Of a stretch of 64,000 bases of DNA, positions 46,096-58,470 are shown piece by piece. Both the position numbers and the translations under genes were made by a program. The DNA is from Laetmonice hystrix. Its lineage: Eukaryota. The first letter of the stretch is position 1. Each line of letters starts with the position of its first letter. The stretch lies in assembly GCA_965235115.1 (NCBI GenBank), contig OZ249440.1, forward strand, positions 35,218,001-35,282,000, read 5' to 3'. The notes below the pieces were generated by a model. It made no database searches, was not told the DNA's origin, and saw nothing but the letters and a program-made list of their open reading frames with translations.

Positions 46096-46505
46096 CGAGA
46101 TTGGAATCCGGCCCGATTCCCAACTGGGCCGGCCCAGATCGGAATTTCAATCTAGGCCGGCCCAAAATGGGATTCCGATCTCGGCCGGCCCAGTTCGGAA
46201 TCGGGCCGGCCGAGATTGGAATTCCATTCTAGGCCGGCCTGGAATGGAATCGACATAGGATTCCATTCTGGGCTGGCCCAGATCAGAATTCTGATTCTGG
46301 CCGGCCAAGATGGGAATCCTCTAAAGACCTGGCCCAGATTGGAATTCTGATCTGTATATATCTGTATATGTGTATTTTTAAAACTCTGCCGAGATCAGAA
46401 AAACGTCCATTTTGTCGCTTGAGGATTCCTATGTGGTTAAAGTGGATATACTGACTTTATAATTCCAGATGGATTCTGCCAGATGGATTCTGATCTGGGC
46501 CAGCA
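46096..46505. repeat. Array of direct and inverted GGCCGGCC / GGAATC motifs (probable DNA-element remnant)
   Basis: GGCCGGCC(C)AGAT(C/T)GGAAT-like units repeated in both orientations. Confidence 0.6.
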
Positions 46506-46576
46506 GGTATCCATAACGGCCAGGTTATAACGGATAACCAAATTATTCTTTCTTTCTTTATAGGTCTGATGATAGT

Positions 46577-47886
46577 TTAGGAGAGGTCGTCCCGGATTCG
46601 CATCAGGAGTTTCCCCAGGAGGTTGTTCCCCCAGTTTTCACGGTCCTCCATGATTTTGCTGTCCCCAAGGCTACGACCGATACCCAAGAACTTGTCATTG
46701 GGCGATGCCTCCAGAAGGATATTCGAAGGAACTCTCGGATAGCTTGATTCTGCTTGAATTTCGCCCGAAGGCCTGGGTAGACAAGATCCTCGGCAGATTT
46801 TATCCACTCCGTAGATTAAAGTTTTTGATCTTGTAGCCAACCGCTTTAATAGCACCTGGTGATGTGAGCTCCATGACATGATCAGCAGAGATCTGATCAT
46901 TGAATTTTAGAGCTTTTTGGCATTGTAGCCATTGTTCCCCGTTAGCGTAGCGGATTCCTTCCATGACAAATTCAGAGTTGTGAAAGTTACTGAGCGGGGA
47001 GGCCGAGGAGAAGAAGAAGGTGTGGTTGTCGATTATTTTCGATGCTAGCTTCTGAGGTTTGAGGGAATCCGGGAGGGTGTGAAGGTTTTTCACGGTGTAT
47101 GTCTGGGAGTTGATAACCAGTTTGTCTGCCACCAGTTTGGTGCGTAGGCCTTGATCAATAGCAGCACGTTGAACAGGTAAGAGTTGACGGATGTTGCTTT
47201 CAACTTCGTGGGGGAAGTGTTCCTTTATAATAACAGGGGAGTTGTTTTGTTTCAGCATGGTTTGACGAGCCCAGATACTGTCCCGATCAAGGCGGCTTAC
47301 AAAGGAGACAATGGTAGGCCGGAGTTTCCCGGCGGGACCAGAGAGACGATGGAAGTTATTGAAATATATCTTGCAGAAGTCAACACCAAGCGAGCCGAAG
47401 ATATCCGTCAGTTTCAGCCTCAAATGGTCTTGAGTTTCGGCTTTCTGATCAGGAATGTTGAGGAGGATTAGATTATTCTTCTTGCTGTACGCTTTGGCGG
47501 TCAGAAGCTTGTCGTGCAGCTTTGTGTTTTCCTCTCGGAGTGAGTGCTCTTGGTTTTGGAGGGCAGCAATGGTTTGTTTTGATTCTTCGGACACGGCCAA
47601 GGCATGGTTTACGCCTTCTTCCAATGTAGTGTAAGAACCTGCAAGATCTTTGAGGTCTCCTGCCATGCCGATTAGGAGCCCCACATTTTAACCGCCCACG
47701 GAGGGGTGTTCGAGTCGAGGTCAGTGATTTTGGCAATTTTATAGTCAATGTCCTTGGACACCTCGTCCTCGGCAGTTTTATAGCCATTATGACTGGGCGA
47801 AAAGAGGGCAGTTTCTTGTATGCAGGCGAGGTCTCAGGACTGCTACCAGAAACGAAATGTTTTTGACCTTTTGACGGGGTAAACAT
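46577..47886 (-). pseudogene. Second, divergent LINE-type ORF1 fused in frame to a NADAR/YbiA domain (frameshifts near the ends)
   Basis: KKNNLILLNIPD...FHRL...RPTIVSF...IKEHFP...KLVIN reads in one frame into FFFSSASPLSNFH...YANGEQWLQCQKA; then EWIKSAEDLVYPGLRAKFKQN and LLEASPNDKFLGIG...WGNNLLGKLLMRIR; 5' CAAGATGGCG near 48101-48110. Confidence 0.85.
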
Positions 47887-48112
47887 GGAGAAAAAACAGG
47901 TTGTAGAGGTCTATGGTGCCTGTGGAGTTCAATATTTTAAGTTCATGGTGCCTGTGGAGTTCAATATTTTAAGTTCATGGTTTATAAACGTCTATAAACT
48001 ATAAGTTTGTAGAACGACCAGTATCAGGAATTTTCTTAGACGTTTTGGGTTAAATCCAGTTTTTGGCGAGGACGAGGAAAAGGCTGAACTAGTCTGCGGT
48101 CGCCATCTTGAA

Positions 48113-48450
48113 TCACGATTAACTCGTAGTAACGACTTAGTGACGTCATTAACTCGTTATTACCACCTAATGACGTCTCTAAATGGTCATTTCGTGTTAA
48201 TCGTCTTCGTTTCAGAGAAAAAAATTTGTGGTGACCTCAAAATTACCACTTAGTGACGTCATTAAGTCGCAATAACGAGTTAATGATGTCACTAAGTGGT
48301 AATTTCGAAATCACCAAAAAAATTTTCTCGTCTCGGAATCGTGCAAAGGTATAATAAACTCGTAATAACGACTTAGTCACGTCATTTAGTCGTAATAACG
48401 AGTTAATGACGTCACTAAGTGGGAATTTCGAGATCACAATTTTTTTCTCT
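48113..48450. repeat. Palindromic repeat element with AACTCGTAATAACGA / AGTGACGTCATT motifs
   Basis: Motifs recur several times in both orientations. Confidence 0.6.
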
Positions 48451-48683
48451 TCATGTTTCCAACAGGGTTCTGTACCTTTGCAATCCCCACCCAAAATAAC
48501 CTCGACTCAGTTGAGACACAGTAACCCCCCCCCCCTTTACTGTTCGAATTTTGCACCGGTACCTAAGAATAGAAACATCGGTAGGTTTTCTAGGTATAAA
48601 AGGCTGGTGATCATGTGCCAAAATTCTCATTCCGGAAAAGCTTACAGTAGAAGAAGAATGCGGCCGTTACCGATGGCATAAAT

Positions 48684-51600
48684 GTGGAACGAGTACATGC
48701 CCCCCACTCCCAAAACAGGGCCTGGAAGCCAACACCAAACAGAGGAAGGGGAAGACACGGCGCTTCTACCCGCCATGCGAATGCCGTCACATGTGAGGTA
48801 GAAAATGACACCTTGTACACCGAATTTGAAAATATAACATTTGACAGTGTTAACATTGACTCAGAACAACTCTGCATAGATAGCAACTCACTCCAGAACA
48901 ACCGGACAGAGGTCTATGCAACAATAAAGATTGAGCCATACACTGGAGTCACCTCGAAATTGTGTGGCAAAGTCGACACTGGGGCCCAGGGAAATATTCT
49001 TCCACTCCGTACATTCACAAAAATGTACCCCAGTCAAGTTGACCGTGAGAGAAGACCCATCACCACAACCCCATCCAATGTGAAGCTCTCAGCCTACAAT
49101 GGGACCCAGATTCCACAATACGGCACCGTGAATATTCCATGCCAATATGGAGGAGAATGGATTCCAGCCCATTTCTTCGTCGCCGACACCCCCGGTCCAG
49201 TCATATTCGGATTGCAAACCTGCTCAAGATTGGGGCTAGTGACCATGCATTGTGCAGTCAATACCTCCATCCCTGCCCCAGCTAGCCCAATCAACACAGC
49301 CGCTGACCTCCATAAGCTGTACCCTGACAGATTCACAGGCCTAGGGAAGTTCCCGAAACCTCACATGTTAACCATCGATGAGAACGTGCAACCAACCCAG
49401 CACAGACCCAGACGACCCCCAATCCAGCTAAGGGACAAAATCAAGGCCGAGCTAGACCGCATGCAAGAACTAGGTGTAATTCGCCCAGTCACTGAACCCT
49501 CCGAATGGGTATCGAGCATCACTTATGTCCAAAAGGCTGACGGTTCTCTACGCATCTGTCTGGACCCCAAAGACCTCAACCAGGCACCGAGGAGGCAACA
49601 ACGTCATATCCCCACAGTTGAGGAGCTGACCCACAAGTTTTCAAATGCACAGGTCTTTTCAAAACTAGACGCCAAGTCCGGATATTGGTGTGTCCAACTT
49701 CACCCAAAAAGCCAGCTCTTTACAACTTTCAACAGCCCATTTGGCCAATATTGCTTTCAACGCCTACCCTTTGGACTGAGGACCAGCCAAGATGTTTTTC
49801 AGGAAGCAATAGACAGCATTCTCCATGACCTCCCTGGTGTAATCTCCATCGCTGATGACATTGTATGCTTCGGAAGAGATGACAAAGACCATGACCACAG
49901 CCTTCACATGTTGATGCTCAGAGCAAAGGAACAAGGCCTAGTTTTCAACCCAAACAAATGCCAGATTAAGGCCAACGAGATCTCATTCTTTGGAAACGTT
50001 TACAGCAAATCTGGGGTAAGACCAGACGCAGCCAAAGTGCAAGCAATAACTGAGCTAAGTAAGCCTAGAAATGTTACAGAGCTCCAGTCTTTTCTAGGCA
50101 TGATTACCTACTTGGCACCATACATCCCCAAACTCAGTGAGCACACTGCACCATTGCGGCAACTCCTTTGCAAAGATACTGAATTCCAGTGGAACCCTGA
50201 ACAACAGACGGCCTTTCAGAAGCTGAAAGACCTTGTGTGCTCAGCTACATCCCTACGATATTTCGACCCAACAAAGCCTGTGGTAATCCAGGTTGATGCT
50301 AGTCAGACCGCCCTGGGGGCGGCACTCATCCAGAATGGCAAACCCATTGCATTCGCATCCAAGAGTCTGACGGACACAGAAAGCCGCTATGCTAATATCG
50401 AATGGGAACTACTCGCCTGCGTTTTTGGGGCTGAGCGTTTCCACACCTATGTGTATGGGAAGCCATTCATCATTGAGTCTGACCACAAACCCCTAGAGAT
50501 GATCTCTAAAAAGAACCTAACTGCCGCACCTGCACGCCTGCAAAGAATGTTGCTCAGACTACAACGCTATGATTACCAGATAACATACAAACCTGGCCCT
50601 GAGATGACCCTTGCTGACAGTTTGTCCAGACTTCCTAAACAAGGTAGTGATGCAGAGGTCAATCTGAATATCCAAGTCTGTTTCATACAGTTTGGTCAAC
50701 AGAAGCTTGAAGAGCTCAAGGAAACCACAGCAACTGACCCTATCCTTGGAAAACTTCTAAAGTTTGTACTGCAAGGTTTTCCTGACAACATCCGAGACCT
50801 ACCCCGAGATGTACGTGCATATTGGCACTGCCGTGACGAGCTGAGCATTGAAAATGGTTTGCTACTGAAAGGTGACAGAATCATCATTCCAACGCAACTG
50901 AGACAGTCATACCTGTCTACCATTCATTCAGGCCACCTCGGCACGACTAGGTGCCAACAGCGGGCTCGAACATGCATCTATTGGCCTGGAATGGATAATG
51001 ACATTGAAAATCACATCAAGACTTGTCTCCCATGCCAGACCCACCAAGATGCACAACCAAAAGAGCCTATGGAACCAATTGTTGCAGACATAAACCAACC
51101 ATGGCACACCCTAGGAACTGACTTGTTTACTCATGATAACAAGAATTACTTGATCATCTCTGACTACTTCACCAAGTTCCCGATCGTAGAGGAACTTACC
51201 AAAGACACCACCAGCAAAACAGTCACAGAAATCACAAGCCGCATCTTCTCACTCTTCGGAATACCCACAAGGATCATTTCAGACAATGGACCCCAGTTCA
51301 TAGGGCATCCATACCAGAACATGCTCAAAGCTTATAACATCACCCATATCACCAGCTCCCCTCACCACAGCAAGTCACATGGTTTCATCGAAAGAGCAGT
51401 GAAAACTGTAAAAAACATCATCAAGAAATCCCCCCAGGACACTAACACTGCCCTACTTGCCCTAAGAACCACACCCTTAGGTCCACAAATGCCATCACCA
51501 GCAGAGCTTTTGTTTGGACACAAGATTGCAAGCGGACTTCCAGTTCGCAATTCCACCTATCAAGATGAGAACCTACAGAAACAGAGGGAGAAAATACAAA

Positions 51601-52091
51601 TCCAGACCCAAAGCAGATATGATGCCAGCAGCCATGCACTCCCCGAGCTACACATGAGCCAACCAGTCTTCTACCAAGACGTAGCAAAGAAAACCTGGAT
51701 ACCTGGCTCCATAGTCGGAATTGGCCCCGAACCTCGCTCTTACACAGTTTGCTGTTGTATTAGTGGACGTTCACTCAGAAGAAACAGAGTGCTGATTAGA
51801 CCACGACAGATCTCATCCAACAGTGAGCTGCCCAACCCTATTCACCATCTAAATCCACCCATCCGCATGAACAATCCTCTACCACCACAGACGGCCAATG
51901 CTCCCCAGCCAACCAGCCTGACCCCATCTAGTCAACAGCCATCTACACCACCTAGAACCCAGCAAACTGAAAGCCCGCACATACCAGCGACACGGGCCGA
52001 CGCTGCAAAAAACACCCCCAATTCACCAACCGTGAGAACCAGAGTTGGACGCCTGATTAAACCAAGGCGAAGACTCGTTGAGGAATCGTAG
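48684..52091 (+). CDS. Gypsy pol polyprotein (protease, RT, RNase H, integrase); open frame of 1135 aa, 5' gag lost
   Basis: VDTGAQ; LDAKSGYW, RLPFG, IADD; VDAS, SDHKPL, LADSLSR; HSGH..CLPC, GTDLF, SDNGPQF, IERAV. Confidence 0.95.
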   Translation: MERVHAPHSQNRAWKPTPNRGRGRHGASTRHANAVTCEVENDTLYTEFENITFDSVNIDSEQLCIDSNSLQNNRTEVYATIKIEPYTGVTSKLCGKVDTGAQGNILPLRTFTKMYPSQVDRERRPITTTPSNVKLSAYNGTQIPQYGTVNIPCQYGGEWIPAHFFVADTPGPVIFGLQTCSRLGLVTMHCAVNTSIPAPASPINTAADLHKLYPDRFTGLGKFPKPHMLTIDENVQPTQHRPRRPPIQLRDKIKAELDRMQELGVIRPVTEPSEWVSSITYVQKADGSLRICLDPKDLNQAPRRQQRHIPTVEELTHKFSNAQVFSKLDAKSGYWCVQLHPKSQLFTTFNSPFGQYCFQRLPFGLRTSQDVFQEAIDSILHDLPGVISIADDIVCFGRDDKDHDHSLHMLMLRAKEQGLVFNPNKCQIKANEISFFGNVYSKSGVRPDAAKVQAITELSKPRNVTELQSFLGMITYLAPYIPKLSEHTAPLRQLLCKDTEFQWNPEQQTAFQKLKDLVCSATSLRYFDPTKPVVIQVDASQTALGAALIQNGKPIAFASKSLTDTESRYANIEWELLACVFGAERFHTYVYGKPFIIESDHKPLEMISKKNLTAAPARLQRMLLRLQRYDYQITYKPGPEMTLADSLSRLPKQGSDAEVNLNIQVCFIQFGQQKLEELKETTATDPILGKLLKFVLQGFPDNIRDLPRDVRAYWHCRDELSIENGLLLKGDRIIIPTQLRQSYLSTIHSGHLGTTRCQQRARTCIYWPGMDNDIENHIKTCLPCQTHQDAQPKEPMEPIVADINQPWHTLGTDLFTHDNKNYLIISDYFTKFPIVEELTKDTTSKTVTEITSRIFSLFGIPTRIISDNGPQFIGHPYQNMLKAYNITHITSSPHHSKSHGFIERAVKTVKNIIKKSPQDTNTALLALRTTPLGPQMPSPAELLFGHKIASGLPVRNSTYQDENLQKQREKIQIQTQSRYDASSHALPELHMSQPVFYQDVAKKTWIPGSIVGIGPEPRSYTVCCCISGRSLRRNRVLIRPRQISSNSELPNPIHHLNPPIRMNNPLPPQTANAPQPTSLTPSSQQPSTPPRTQQTESPHIPATRADAAKNTPNSPTVRTRVGRLIKPRRRLVEES

Positions 52092-52309
52092 CAGAACATT
52101 TTATATTCCAAAACAGTTGTACATGTGTTTGGCAGAATAACCCCAAATGTACATACTGTAAGTTATGGCAGTCTACCATAACTTATGTTTCCATAACTGG
52201 CCATAATTAATCTCTAGTCAGAAATGCCAAATACTTGGCCAGCCTTGGACAAAAACACAATATGATATTGACAGTATGTGAAGTAATTTCCATCTGCCAA
52301 CAAGGGGGA

Positions 52310-52534
52310 TGTTGTATTTCTTAACCATCAATAGCTAAGACAGTGCTGCCACCTGGTGTTATCCATGAGAACTACTAGTGGTAACTGCAGGTTAAATCAT
52401 GTTCAGCCTCCACCCTTTTTTACCAGTTCTGGAATAAAGCATGGCTCCTGTCTAACACACATATTTTCCGCTTGTCCTGCGTTCATCACAGAATACTATC
52501 CACAGCCTCCCAAACCTCACCAGACAATACAACA
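52310..52534 (+). repeat. 3' LTR (225 bp) of the Gypsy element
   Basis: PPT AAGGGGGA immediately upstream; TGTTGTATT...AATACAACA 9-bp inverted termini; AATAAA near 52433. Confidence 0.88.
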
Positions 52535-52984
52535 TGATCTTTTCAAGATTTACTGATTAAAACTTAAGCTGCATATAAAAGTCGGTTCAAGAATTGCTAG
52601 TAATGTTTTATACCTTCTTACATTTGAGAGGCTCAATCTGGTCCTGTATGGGTAAATAGGGCCTAGTTTGTGGCATGAATAATAATAATAATGATAATAA
52701 AAAGCTCCTATTTCCCCCCTGACATTCAGAAATTTCCCCCGGGGGAAATTCCCCCCAGTTAAGAATCCCTGGCCTATATTGTCAACTGCCTCAACTCGGG
52801 CCAGTACGATGCAGCACTCAACTACATTATGGGGCCTCAGAGCCGCATGATGACGGTGAGGAATATGACAGAAGAAATGATCGGCAACGACATATATGTC
52901 ATTGCACAAATTGTGAAAGCGAAGAAAGTGTGGCGGTGCAACCCCAAGACAAAGGGCCAGAAGATGGAACACGCCTATGATAGG

Positions 52985-53390
52985 AGTGACTGCGTGAGTG
53001 GAGGTTTTGAGTGGTGGAGGTTTTGCGCTGTGTCGGCATCCGGGGCCATCTTCATGGCGAAAACAGAGTTAAAAGACCATAAAACCAAAGGAACCTATTT
53101 TATCCGGGTCCCAACGGGAACACCACCAAAACACATCTATAAAAGATAAAGTCCAGCCTCTAACAAAAACTCCAAAATCATTCCTGGTCTCACATTGCTA
53201 TAAAGGTCCTTAAGACTTGTCTCATTATAAAACCGTTGTCTGATCAGAGTAAAATCACCACACTCAAGTAAAAGATGCTTCAGTGTCAAAGGACATTGAC
53301 AGCCATCACATTCTGGAGGTGGCTCCCCCTTCAACAAAAAACACACGAGTTAGTCTAGAATGACCAACTCTGCATAGAGTAAAAACAATT
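52985..53390 (-). mobile_element. Older, diverged 3' fragment of the I-group LINE
   Basis: KGEPPPECDGCQCPLTLKHLLLEC; 3' UTR with a decayed tail. Confidence 0.88.
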
Positions 53391-54217
53391 TGTTCACTGT
53401 CCAAAAAAGCGTCAACTGAAATATTAATTAGGTCTCACCTTAAGACCCAACTACACACCCCTTACGACCAGAGGTGGGGCATAAACCAGCACAGTCACTG
53501 ACAGATTAATACAATTCCATTGCCCCTCTATTTTCTTGGACGCTAAAGATTACAAGGTCATCGTCAGAATATCAAGGAATATTGGGATTGTCCCATCATA
53601 GATTCCTCTTTCTTTAGACCTTAAAATATGGTTCAAAGAGTCACCTTTATGTTATCATCCATGTTACCTTTACAGGTGCGATTGCACACTACTTCCAGTC
53701 GATGCGTGAAAAAACACTGAAAGTGAGGAAAGGTGTAACACGGCCGCCAGTACAGGGTACGTCTAAATAGTAAAATTCCTTTTAATATATATTAATATAT
53801 ATTAATTCTTTTAATATATATAGTGTTCACACAGAAGGTAACTATTACCATAGATCGTCGCCACAATCGTCATTAGCTCTATAAAGAAATAGATAATATG
53901 ATAGTAGGGGTTACTTTTAATTCTGGAGGTAAGCAATGTTCCAATTCCACAAAGTTCGATCTCATCCCCGCCTTGATATAACCCTGGTTATTGCAAGCTA
54001 ATCACACACATGGCCCCTATTTGGATATATTATGTCATGCAAATATATCTTTTTTACCTTTTCAGAAACTATCTAGGCGTATTCAGGCCACCAAAAACAA
54101 GTTCTTCTGGGACGGAGAGAAGAAAAAGAAAGCTATGTCCTGCATGACTTTGGAGTTCATGTCATCAGAGGAGGAGGGGGAGTCGGAAGGCGAGGAGGTG
54201 TTTGTGGTCAAACGTCT

Positions 54218-55064
54218 TGTGATGTGTGTGAGGTAGAATTCCTCAGTCTAGGTTAATTCTAATCCGCCAGGTGGCGTTGTGGTCTGATGGTAGTTAAATG
54301 TCCCGCCAGAGGGAGCTTGAGTGGGAGGTTCTGGGTTTTCTCAGTGAGACCAGAAAGTTCCCGTAATAGTGGAAAATTAGAAGGTTCTCAAACAACTAGA
54401 ATTATCTAGTGACAGTCGAACATTCTACAACGAGAAGGTTCTTTAACTGAAGGCATATAAGCTGGTAGAACTGATGATGCGGGGAGACTTGCGTTGAGAT
54501 CTAATAGAGAGTGTAGTTTAGTGACTACGACTACGTTGGAACAAGACCTGATTGGTGATTGTGAGATTGTGTATTATCGCTCAGTGTGGGATTACGAAAG
54601 CTGTCGTATTTGGGCCTGAAGCTGTACAGTAGACTATAGATTTCGTGTGCTACTGAAGTTGGCGACTTCAACAGGAAGATTTATCCATGGATTCCTGGAG
54701 TACGTATCTGAACTTGTGCTGTGGACATTGTGCTTGTGAAAACCACGGAGGAAGACAATTGGAACTGTATGTGAGCTTTGGATTTACGTGTGGACATTGG
54801 GCTTGTGAAATCCACGGAGGAAACAAACTGGAACTTTATTCGAACTCTGATTTGGATTTACGTATGGACTGAGAACATTCTGGAATTGCAGACGGGACAA
54901 TAGACCACAATAGATGGTAGGAACATTCCAGAAGGTAAAACACTGAGTTTTATGATTGTGAATCAGACCTTATTTTGTCATCATTGTGTAACTGTGAGGA
55001 TTCATTAAATTGTTTGAAATTAAATTCTGGGTGTTTGTCATCTACTACCGTTGGCTACGTAACA
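54218..55064. repeat. Solo LTR (847 bp)
   Basis: TGTGATGT start and ACGT(A/C)ACA end; 4-bp TSD GTCT at 54214-54217 and 58483-58486; no internal coding region. Confidence 0.82.
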
Positions 55065-55065
55065 G

Positions 55066-58000
55066 GTGAGTGAGTGAGTAGTGGTGGTTTTCCGCCGTGC
55101 CGGCATCCGGGGCCATCTTCACGGCGAAAACAGGGTTAAAAGACCATGAAATGAAAGGAACCTATTTTATCCCGGGCCCCAACGGGAATATCATTAAAAC
55201 ACACTCTATCCTGTCAGCCCAACCGGGCTATCGACGAGCCTGAACTATAAAAGAGTCAGAAATCCAGCTTCTGACAAAAACTCTAAAATCACTCCTGGTC
55301 TGACATTGATAAAAAGATCCTTAAGACTTGTCTCACTATAAAACCGTTGTCTGATCAGAGTAAAATCACCACACTCAAGTAAAACATGCTTCAGTGTCAA
55401 AGGACACTGACAGCCATGACACTCTGGAGGTGGCTCCCCCTTCAATAAAAACACGTGGGTTAATCTAGAATGACCAATCCTGCATCGAGTATAAACAATT
55501 TCATGCCTACGTTGGGTTAGGCCGTGAAGACACCTTTGGTTCACGACAGGACTGATCTGATACAATTTATTGTTTGGTTGTTCATCCCATTCGGCCTGCC
55601 ATTTGGTCTTAATGCCCAGATGGCAGGTCTGAGGTCAGAGGCTGGGATTGGACACAGTTCGACGTCTGTTTCAAGAGCCCTCTTGGCAGTTCTGTCAGCT
55701 TGCTCATTGCCCGGGATGCCAACATGACCAGGCACCCAGCAAAAGTGAATATCAAAGTTTGCATTAGCAAGCACTGCCAACTTGGACAAGATTTGAACGA
55801 TCACTGGGTGATCTGTGTTCAAGTTAGCGAGTGCTTGCAGACAGGATAAGGAATCCGAGAAAATTACTAAGTCCTTTTCATTAGAAACTTCAATATTTTG
55901 AAGGGCAAGAAGCAGGGCCCGGGCCTCTGCTGAGAAGATGGAACTTTGCCCTGAGATGCGGGTGCCGAAGTTGTGCTTGCCATGAACTGCAGCAGCAGAC
56001 ACATCACTGCCATCCTTTGAGCCATCAGTATAGAAGGCATAATGTGAGGGATACCTTGCCTGGACGCCAAGAAAATGTTCAAAATATGTCAGGGGATGAG
56101 TCTCTGACTTCTTCAGTTTAGCCAACTGAAGAATGACGTCAGGCTTTTCCAGGTCCCAAGGAGGAATGTTGCAAAAATGTGTCTGCCCCAGGACGTTCAG
56201 ATCAATATCCAGTTCCTCTAGATGAGGTTTCACTCTCAGTCCAAAAGGACGTATGTACGTTTCTTTTCTTTCATATAAATGTTGGAACTGAGGGTGAAAA
56301 CGTAATTGTAAGCTGGATTTGAACTGTTTGTCCCAAGCTTGACTGCATATTGCAGAGCCAGCTTCAGACTGTTGTCGAGTGATGGCTCTCGGGCCTCCAC
56401 ATAGAGGCTCTGAACAGGGGACGTTCTAAAAGCCCCAAGTGAAAGCCGCAAACCCTGGTGGTGAACCGTGTCCAAAAGCCGAATGTAAGACTTACAAGCA
56501 GAACCATAAACTATGCTACCGTAATCGAGCTTCGACCGGATTAAAGCTCTGTACAGTTGTAAAAGGACTGTACTGTCTGCCCCCCAGTTTGTGCCAGATA
56601 AAACCTTGAGAACATCCAGAGCCTTAAGGCACCTGGATTTGAGTGATTTAATGTGAGGGATAAAAGACAGCTTGCTGTCAAAAGTGAGTCCCAGAAACTT
56701 TGTCTCTTTAACGACCTTGATAGGATCTCCATCCATTGTCAACTCGGGGTCAAGGTGGAAAGCACGCAGTTTGCAGAAATGCATGCAGACTGTTTTAGAT
56801 TTTGAAAATTTAAAACCGTTTTCCACGGACCAAGTGTGGATTCTGTTGAGACAAAGTCGGAGCTGTCTCTCAATGGCATTCATGTTTTTGCCTCTGCAGC
56901 AGACGTCAAAGTCATCGACGAACAGGCTGCAGGGCATGCCAGTTTTAACCGAGTTAACAATGCTGTTGATCTTAATACTAAAAAGGGTAACGGACAAAAT
57001 GCTTCCCTGAGGCACACCTAATTCTTGGTTGTGCAAGTCAGACAGGGTCGTGCCTACTCTGACTTGAAAATGTCTGTTGGATAAAAACTGAGATATGAAA
57101 AGGGGCAAACGCCCCCTAAAACCCATATCATGTAAATCTTTTAAAATGCCGTACTTCCATGTTGTGTCGTATGCCTTTTCAAGGTCGAAAAAGACGGCAA
57201 CAACATGTTCGCGGTTGATAAAAGCATCTCGGATGTATGTCTCGAGTCTGATTAGATGATCGAGAGTACTTCTCCCTCGCCGGAAGCCACACTGAAACCC
57301 GGTGATGAGCTGCTCAGACTCCAGCTTCCAGACGAGGCGATCATTAATCATTCTCTCCATGGTTTTGCACAAGCAACTTGTTAAGGCTATTGGTCTGTAA
57401 TTGTTAGCTTCACTATGGTCTTTTCCTGGTTTGGGGATGGGGATGATTATTGCTTCTTGCCAGGAAAGGGGTATATTACCAGTTATCCAGATATTGTTGA
57501 AAATGTGAAGAAGGATGAGGAGGGTGGTGTCGGGTAGATGTTTTAAGAATTGGTAATGTATTTTGTCAGGTCCAACTGCAGTGTCATGTGATTTTCTAAG
57601 AGCACGAATGGCTTGGAATTGAGGGAGGCAGTTTCTGGAGGAGGAGTTTGTTTGAAAGGTTTTGGCCAGTTTATTCGCTATTTCATCTGTGGTGGTTAGT
57701 AGGGTGTCTTGATGTTTTAAGTGTTGGACTCCAGAACCACCCCCCTTGCCTTTAAGTTTCCGTATCATACTCCAGACTTTTTTGATAGGAGTACGAGAGG
57801 GCAGGCTGGAGACGTAGTCTCTCCAGCTCTGCCTCCGTCTCTCTTTGCAGATACGGCGTGCCCTTGCTCTCATAATTTTAAAATTGGTAAGGTTCATTGC
57901 AGTTGGATGCCTGTTGAAAAGGCGTTCTGCTTTCTTCCGGTCTTTAATTGCCTGCTTGCAGTCTTCATTAAACCATGGATTTGAGACATGTTTAGGAATT

Positions 58001-58470
58001 GTCGAGGTTTTAGGAACTGTCCTGTCTGCAATGGAGATTAAAAGCGAGGTAAAATCATCCATTGCTTCAGGATCGTTAATGTTGTCTGCTCTGAATTCCT
58101 CCCGACAGAGGGTCTGGAAGGAGTGCCAGTCGGCCTTCTTAAGTTGCCACCGTTGTTGCCTTTCCCCTATGCCGGGTCCTTCATAGGTAAGGATGGTGGG
58201 AAAGTGGTCACTCCCGCAAAGGCCATCCCAGACCCTCCAGGAAAAATCCAGCAGCAGATCTGGTTCAGCTATTGCAAGGTCAATGGCTGTATAAGTGCCA
58301 TGACCGGGATGTAAGTATGTGTTTGAACCATCATTAAAAATACATAGAGCATGATTATCAATGAACTCTTCAATCCTCTTGCCCTTGCGATCAGTTGTGG
58401 TACCACCCCATAAGGGATTGTGGCCATTAAAATCTCCCAAAAGAAGATATGGAGTTGGCAGTTGACCCAC
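55066..58470 (-). mobile_element. 5'-truncated I-group LINE, subfamily A-like, with small indels
   Basis: TSD GGCTACGT(A/C)ACAG at 55053-55065 and 58471-58483; ORFs 56236..58470, 55541..56233, 55245..55565. Confidence 0.95.

Noticed and set aside
52550..53149. ORFs 52550..52972 (-) and 52829..53149 (+)
   Set aside because: No recognisable motifs; the second runs into antisense LINE 3' UTR.
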